DNA of 64,000 nt from an uncultured bacterium (GTDB lineage: Bacteria > Cyanobacteriota > Vampirovibrionia > Gastranaerophilales > JAILCC01): NCBI GenBank assembly GCA_949283935.1, contig CASDUJ010000021.1:38396-102395 (forward strand), written 5' to 3'. The position numbers and the translations under genes are program-made. The notes below the pieces were generated by a model, which saw nothing but the letters and a program-made list of their open reading frames with translations, searched no databases and was not told the origin of the DNA. This document shows, piece after piece, positions 59,162 to 64,000 of the stretch; position 1 is the stretch's first letter; each line of letters opens with the position of its first letter.

Positions 59162-59779
59162 TTACTCTGAGTCTTGTTTTTTGCAAAATATACAAAAATT
59201 TTCTTCTCCAAAATTTTTCCTTGTTAGTACTCTCCCACATTTTTTACATGTTGGAAATCCCTTTTGCTTCATCCATTCCTGTGTCTTTAAATCATTTATT
59301 ATTACATCAAGCATTCGTTTCTTTTGTATCTCACTCAATGTAGTTTGATTTTGGACAGATTTTTTTATTTCTTTAATGATTTTTTCTTCCAAAATTACAT
59401 TGTTCAACTCTTCTTTTGTCGGTCTTTCATTGTATGTTTCTTGCACAATATTTGGTTTGTTTTTTTGAGAAAAATAGTTATTTTTAGGTGATACTTTTGT
59501 TATTATGTCAAATATATCAATGTTGTATTTCGCACGAATTTTTTTTAACAAATTTCTTTTGAAAAATGTCAATTCTTGAGCCATTGGACTTGTGCTTGTT
59601 TGTATAAACAATAATGTCTTGTTTCCTTTTCTAACTATGTTGGTAATTTGTGTCTTACCTGCAAATTTTTTGCCGACCAAAATTTCCCAATCAGACACAA
59701 GTTGTGCAAATATTGGACTAATATCGTTAAATTCTATTCCATTTAATATATCTTTGATATTTGAAAAATTTTCAACCAC
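59162..59779 (-). CDS. DUF721 (DciA-like) protein with a C-terminal zinc ribbon
   Basis: The N-half (W..LVGKKFAGKTQITNI.....LLFIQTSTSPMAQELTFFKRNLLKKI) resembles DUF721. The C-terminus has CKKCGRVL...FCIFCKK. Confidence 0.6.
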   Translation of the reverse strand: MVENFSNIKDILNGIEFNDISPIFAQLVSDWEILVGKKFAGKTQITNIVRKGNKTLLFIQTSTSPMAQELTFFKRNLLKKIRAKYNIDIFDIITKVSPKNNYFSQKNKPNIVQETYNERPTKEELNNVILEEKIIKEIKKSVQNQTTLSEIQKKRMLDVIINDLKTQEWMKQKGFPTCKKCGRVLTRKNFGEENFCIFCKKQDSE

Positions 59780-59791
59780 GCTTGATATTAA

Positions 59792-60535
59792 CTATGCTAT
59801 CCTTTGAAACATATAACCTATACCACGTGCAGTAAGGATAAGCTCGGGATTGGCCGGATCATTTTCTAATTTAGAACGCAATCTGCTTATATGAACATCA
59901 ACAACTCTTGTGTCAATTCGATGATCTGCAGGATAAGACCAAACGTGCTGTAATATTTCATTTCTTGAAAAAGGCTGCCCTGAATTGTTCACCAATAACT
60001 CCAATAGACTAAATTCCATACCAGTTAGTCTTACCTTCTCATTTTTACAATATACTTGCCTTCTGCTCGTATCAATCTTTATGTTTCCTATGGTAATAAC
60101 ATTTTTAGTAACTTTTCCCATGCCGGCTATTTCTTTTTCATTTGTTCTTCTAAGTACAGCTCTAACTCTAGCTTCAAGTTCTTTTGGGCTAAATGGCTTT
60201 ACTACATAATCATCTGCACCTAGTTCTAATCCTGTAATTCTTTCAGACACATCGCCTAATGCTGTTAGTATAATAATGGGAACATCTGAGTTTCTTCTGA
60301 CTTCTCTAGTTACGCCATATCCATCCATTTTGGGCATCATAACATCAAGAATAATTAAATCGGGATTGTGTTTCTGAAATGCTTCAAGAGCCTCTTCTCC
60401 ATCGGCAGCAGTTATAACTTCATAACCTACCATTTTCAATCTGGTTTCAAGAATTCTTCTAATACTTGCTTCATCATCAGCTACCAAAATACGCTCTTGA
60501 TCTTGTATTTCTTGTGCATTTTCTTTATCTGTCAT
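59792..60535 (-). CDS. rpaB: OmpR-family response regulator, RpaB/Ycf27-type
   Basis: Long stretches match my recollection of cyanobacterial RpaB: ILVADDEASIRRILETRL, LDVMMPKMDGYGV, ITGLELGADDYVVKPFSPKELEARVRAVLRR, RLTGMEFSLLELLV, DTRVVDVHISRLRSKLE, PELILTARGIGY. Confidence 0.85.
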   Translation of the reverse strand: MTDKENAQEIQDQERILVADDEASIRRILETRLKMVGYEVITAADGEEALEAFQKHNPDLIILDVMMPKMDGYGVTREVRRNSDVPIIILTALGDVSERITGLELGADDYVVKPFSPKELEARVRAVLRRTNEKEIAGMGKVTKNVITIGNIKIDTSRRQVYCKNEKVRLTGMEFSLLELLVNNSGQPFSRNEILQHVWSYPADHRIDTRVVDVHISRLRSKLENDPANPELILTARGIGYMFQRIA

Positions 60536-60660
60536 ACTCTATTGTCCCATTAAGTCTAACTACTAACCAATTTTGCGTTCATGATAATCTCACGCTAATA
60601 TTTATAATACAACAAAATTTTATTAATGTTAAGAGGATTTTTTATAAATCTTTAAATTAA

Positions 60661-60678
60661 TTTGCATAATTTTACAAA
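60661..60678 (+). promoter_or_regulatory. HLR1-like direct repeat (one mismatch)
   Basis: TTTGCATA-AT-TTTACAAA compared with the consensus (G/T)TTACA(T/A)(T/A)-N2-(G/T)TTACA(T/A)(T/A). Position 4 of the first half-site is G, not A. Confidence 0.4.
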
Positions 60679-60721
60679 ACCTAGTAATTTCGTGCATTTT
60701 GAAATTTTTTACCTTTTCAAC

Positions 60722-60739
60722 TTTACAAATATTTACATT
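60722..60739 (+). promoter_or_regulatory. HLR1 box (perfect match to the RpaB-binding consensus)
   Basis: TTTACAAA-TA-TTTACATT. It ends about 40 nt upstream of a TATAAT hexamer (60780..60785) that precedes the 4xGntR gene. Confidence 0.55.
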
Positions 60740-60843
60740 TATTTTTTCTAGAGCAATTTTTTTTATTTGATTATTTTTATATAATTAGGTAAGATAAAAT
60801 TTCTGCATTTTGACATGGGGAAATTTCCTGTAAGGAGGTTTTA

Positions 60844-62046
60844 ATGAATTCTAAGGGGTTAGAACATATAAAAAATAAAACTATTATAGAAAAAGCTCAA
60901 CTAATACGCATTGAAATGTCTCAATTACCTAAAAAATTGCCTGAATTTAAAAAATCTAGAGTAACCAAAGATATTCTTATTGCAAGTTGGCTTGAAAATT
61001 GGATTAAAACTGATCTAAAAACAGGTAAAATTAGACCTCAGCAATTACTTCCCAAAAAAGATGACATAGCTTCTTATTTAGGTATAAGTACAGGCACAAT
61101 ACAAAATGCCATTAGATACATAGAAGATGCAGGGCTTGTGGAATCTAAACAACGTATAGGTACTATGGTAAAAGATCAAAAAGAATCTGTGACTCTTTTA
61201 CGTAAACAAACATCCAAAAGAGATGGCGCTATTTTGGCAATAAAAAAATTGATTTTGGACAGAAAATATAAAATTGGAGAAAATCTTCCATCTTCTAGAG
61301 AAATATCTAAAATGTTGGGAAGTGCGCCAAACACTACAAGGCTTGCATTGGAATATTTATCTGCAATCGGAATTATAAAATCTATGGGAAATCGTGGCAA
61401 TAAAGCTAATTGGCTGTTAACAAAGTTGCCGGAATTATCTCAAGATGTAAAAAATGTAGATATAAAATCTGACACACTTGTATCTCAGGTTGAAAGAGAT
61501 TTGAAAAACTACATACAAAAGAATTTTACTGTAGGAGAAAAACTTCCTGCTCATTTGGAATTGTCTAATGTTTTGAAAGTAAGTATAAAAACTATACACG
61601 ATGCTGTTAAAGGATTGATTAAAGAAGGAATTTTAAGTGCAAAACGTGGCAGATATGGAACTACAATAATAAAATTGCCAAATGATAAGCAAACTGAGAA
61701 ATTGGAAAATTCTATTTTTGCCTCTGCTCAAGATGCCGTCTTCTACAATTATGAAAAAATTGAGCGACATATAAAAGATATGATTGCTAAAAATTATTCG
61801 GTAGGTGACAAGCTCCCTTCAATGAGTGAATTGTCAAAACAACTTGATGTTAGCGGAAATACAATAAGAAAAGCTTTGCAAAATTTGGCAAAAGAATGTA
61901 TTGTAGAATTTGCTAGAGGAAAATATGGTGGCACTTTTATAGTAAATATACCCAAAATTCCAGAAAAACAACCAACATTTACTTGGCTTTCTGTAAACAA
62001 AGAACATATTAAAGCTTATAGAACTCCGCAAGTTTCAGAAAAATAA
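60844..62046 (+). CDS. Protein made of four tandem GntR-type winged-helix DNA-binding domains, with no recognisable effector domain
   Basis: There are four repeats of the GntR HTH pattern: LPKKDDIASYLGISTGTIQNAIRYIEDAGLVESKQRIGTMV; LPSSREISKMLGSAPNTTRLALEYLSAIGIIKSMGNRG; LPAHLELSNVLKVSIKTIHDAVKGLIKEGILSAKRGRYGTTI; LPSMSELSKQLDVSGNTIRKALQNLAKECIVEFARGKYGGTFI. RBS AAGGAGG. Confidence 0.75.
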   Translation: MNSKGLEHIKNKTIIEKAQLIRIEMSQLPKKLPEFKKSRVTKDILIASWLENWIKTDLKTGKIRPQQLLPKKDDIASYLGISTGTIQNAIRYIEDAGLVESKQRIGTMVKDQKESVTLLRKQTSKRDGAILAIKKLILDRKYKIGENLPSSREISKMLGSAPNTTRLALEYLSAIGIIKSMGNRGNKANWLLTKLPELSQDVKNVDIKSDTLVSQVERDLKNYIQKNFTVGEKLPAHLELSNVLKVSIKTIHDAVKGLIKEGILSAKRGRYGTTIIKLPNDKQTEKLENSIFASAQDAVFYNYEKIERHIKDMIAKNYSVGDKLPSMSELSKQLDVSGNTIRKALQNLAKECIVEFARGKYGGTFIVNIPKIPEKQPTFTWLSVNKEHIKAYRTPQVSEK

Positions 62047-62427
62047 TTAAAAATCTTTTTTAGTTTTGTTCCAATACTTTTGGACAATGTGTGTTATATC
62101 GAAAAATTGGTTGTAACATTGCATGCTATTGCTTCTATGCAAGCAGCCTATATATTTGTCATTCAGATATATTCGGCTACATTTTGCATCTGGGTCAAAT
62201 AGTCTCAACAAAAGACAATCTGGCAGTTCTTTTATTTCTACAATTTTATTTGGATAAATTTGGGAAAATTGACATTTTGTTGCATTGAAATTTTCTTCCA
62301 AAACATCATCTTCTTTGCATTGTAATTTCGTTTTGTTAATTAAATTTTGCAAATTTTTTCCTGCTTTTGCCATTCCAAAAGCTTGTTTGCTTAAATTGTA
62401 ATAAGTTTTTATTGAATTAACTTCCAT
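62047..62427 (-). CDS. Small Cys-rich protein, unknown function
   Basis: 126 aa. MEVNSIKTYYNLSKQAFGMAKAGKN... has an N-terminus similar to 55723..56100. It has six or more Cys. Confidence 0.5.
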   Translation of the reverse strand: MEVNSIKTYYNLSKQAFGMAKAGKNLQNLINKTKLQCKEDDVLEENFNATKCQFSQIYPNKIVEIKELPDCLLLRLFDPDAKCSRIYLNDKYIGCLHRSNSMQCYNQFFDITHIVQKYWNKTKKDF

Positions 62428-62492
62428 TTATATTGCTCAAAATATCTTTTTTATATTAATGCCAAACAAAAAATAATTTGTTAAATTCTGCT

Positions 62493-63863
62493 TTATTTTT
62501 CAAAGTTATTTTCTTTTATGTAATTAGTTTTAAAACGATATGCTTCTATCGTTTTTGAAAAATAATTTGGTGCAAAGCCAGCTTTTTGTTTTAAAGAGTT
62601 AAGAAATAATTTTTTATCGGGTAATTGTTCCCATACAGAAGGTAAGTATAAGGCTTGTTTTTGTTTATCTTTAATGATAATTCCATCAACAAAAGGATTT
62701 ATTTGCTCTAGCAAATCTTGTTCATCTTCAAATTTAATAAGATTAGGTATACTTAAAAGTGATACGGAAATTGATATTTGCTCAAATTCTTCTCTTGAAA
62801 GTGGAGCAAATCTTGGGTCCGCAAATGCTGCATTGTATGCATTTTTAATTAAATCAATTATAAGAGGCGAATGTGCTATAACTGAGCCTATGCAACCTCT
62901 TAAAATATTATTTTCTTCCAAAGTAACAAAACACGCACCATCACTATCTAAAATTGGCGGATATGGCATATAATTTGTTATATTAATTTCTGTTTTCCCT
63001 GATAATTTTGCATTAATAGTTTTTTTCACTATGTCTATAATTTTAGGTGAAAAATTTTTTTCAATGAATTCATTTTTTTCTCCTTCAAACAAAAACCAGC
63101 TACCATATCCAACTACTTTTGAGTTATCTCCTGTTGCTTTTGCTGAATTTGTAAGTCCTATTCTTATTAAAGAAAAATTTTTTTGATTGGCAAATTCAGT
63201 TAATGCACAAATTGGGACTGCTCCGCAAGCTTGTTCAAATCTAAATCCTTGCATGTTTTTCTCTTCTATCATTCTTGCCGTTAAAGTATCAATTTTTTTT
63301 GCTTCGGCTTCTTTTAGAAAATGACTCAAATCTGAAGAAATTACAAAAGCATTTTGGGGATTTACGTAATAATATTTTATTATCCTTAAAGTTTTTTCTA
63401 CGTCATCATTCCCAACAAGTATTGGAATAATTTTGATATCTTTATAATTAAATTGAATAAAAGGTATTTGGACTTCTATTGCGTGTTCTTCTGCAAAGGC
63501 TTTGTCTGAATATTCGCATCCGAATTGGCTTATAATTTCTTCTTGAATGTTTTTGTTTACAGAGACTTTGCCTAGAGGGGTTTCCCATTCATCATAATTT
63601 GCCAAAGCAAGATTATTTACTGATTTATGATGAGTTGGAGCAATTATAAAAATGTTTTTGACATTTTTATCAAGTCTGCAAAAGCCATCAAATGCAAGTT
63701 GCCCCGAAAACATATATCCAGCATGTGGTACAATAATTGCTCGAGAAAAATAATTATAATCAGATTTATGATTCGATTTAAACTTTTCTAGGGTTTCTAG
63801 TAATTCTGCTTTTATTGATGTGTAAAATTTACCTGCAACATTTGGAGTTTTGATTCTGTTCAT
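62493..63863 (-). CDS. MEMO1-family (AmmeMemoRadiSam protein B) / AMMECR1 (protein A) fusion
   Basis: The N-half has VAGKFY....L......IIVPHAGYMFSG and DLSHF (MEMO/extradiol-dioxygenase-like). The C-half has GACFVTLEENNILRGCIGS......L......AAFADPRFAPL....F..ISISVSLLS (AMMECR1). Confidence 0.85.
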   Translation of the reverse strand: MNRIKTPNVAGKFYTSIKAELLETLEKFKSNHKSDYNYFSRAIIVPHAGYMFSGQLAFDGFCRLDKNVKNIFIIAPTHHKSVNNLALANYDEWETPLGKVSVNKNIQEEIISQFGCEYSDKAFAEEHAIEVQIPFIQFNYKDIKIIPILVGNDDVEKTLRIIKYYYVNPQNAFVISSDLSHFLKEAEAKKIDTLTARMIEEKNMQGFRFEQACGAVPICALTEFANQKNFSLIRIGLTNSAKATGDNSKVVGYGSWFLFEGEKNEFIEKNFSPKIIDIVKKTINAKLSGKTEINITNYMPYPPILDSDGACFVTLEENNILRGCIGSVIAHSPLIIDLIKNAYNAAFADPRFAPLSREEFEQISISVSLLSIPNLIKFEDEQDLLEQINPFVDGIIIKDKQKQALYLPSVWEQLPDKKLFLNSLKQKAGFAPNYFSKTIEAYRFKTNYIKENNFEK

Positions 63864-63952
63864 AAAAAAACCTTATCATTTTATCTATTTAATATAGTAA
63901 AACAAAAATATTCATGTTAAAATTCAACTAACGTTAGGCAAGGAGTATTAAT

Positions 63953-64000
63953 ATGGTTAATATTTTTGAAGGTCAATTAATTGCTCAAAATGAAAAAATA
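63953..64000 (+). CDS. ribH: 5' end of a gene, possibly 6,7-dimethyl-8-ribityllumazine synthase
   Basis: AAGGAG lies 7 nt upstream. MVNIFEGQLIAQNEKI resembles RibH N-termini (MNIIQGNLVGTGLKIGIV...). Only 16 codons are visible. Confidence 0.35.
   Translation, partial: MVNIFEGQLIAQNEKI

Noticed and set aside
1-64000. I searched for tRNA, rRNA, CRISPR repeats, IS elements and prophage genes.
   Set aside because: I found no T-loop-like GGTTCGAATCC/GGTTCAAATCC motifs, no regularly spaced direct repeats, and no transposase, integrase, recombinase or phage-like ORFs. The window looks like core chromosome.

Overview
This is a visibly AT-rich, densely coding bacterial chromosomal window. It is mostly housekeeping and central-metabolism genes on both strands. 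I saw no rRNA, tRNA, CRISPR array, transposase, integrase or phage genes.

**Recognisable genes, in order:** cysK (partial), fliW-csrA, thrS, zupT, an M23 peptidase, yidD-rnpA-rpmH, gcvPB, a plant/cyanobacterial-type glutamate-cysteine ligase, rsmA, purB, queC, class I fumarate hydratase, prfB (with the classic +1 frameshift), metK-queA, a PAS histidine kinase with an unusual REC-GGDEF-REC partner, gtrA, hemW, an LptD-like outer-membrane protein, accD-accA, rfbA, ppdK, a sugar-binding ABC protein, metF, a pseudouridine synthase, a GT1 glycosyltransferase, a six-gene aryl-polyene-like (APE-like) type II KS/KR/DH/CLF/acyltransferase cluster, nifJ (PFOR), ileS, a DUF721/DciA-like Zn-ribbon protein, an RpaB/Ycf27-type response regulator, a four-domain GntR protein, a MEMO-AMMECR1 fusion, and the first codons of a probable ribH.

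**Lineage (inference only):** the content fits a non-photosynthetic, fermentative, flagellated relative of cyanobacteria (Melainabacteria/Vampirovibrionia-like). The evidence is an RpaB-like regulator with HLR1 boxes, a GCS2-type gshA, a PBS-lyase-type HEAT protein, PFOR plus PPDK, and FliW/CsrA.

**Most interesting observations:**
- Two HLR1-type direct-repeat boxes sit in the divergent promoter region between the rpaB-like gene and a gene encoding four tandem GntR winged-helix domains.
- The APE-like lipid/polyketide core cluster has no acyl carrier protein (ACP), starter-activating enzyme, thioesterase or exporter.
- Two paralogous standalone TrbI/VirB10-like plus glycine-zipper envelope proteins occur without any type IV secretion system (T4SS).
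- An AMIN-TM-acidic-tail protein resembles the FimV/HubP polar organisers.
- An orphan minus-strand terminator marks a C-rich sRNA candidate next to an unannotated 54-aa ORF.
- Several lineage-specific small-protein families are present.

All functional calls come from reading the translations and remembered family motifs. No database search was run.
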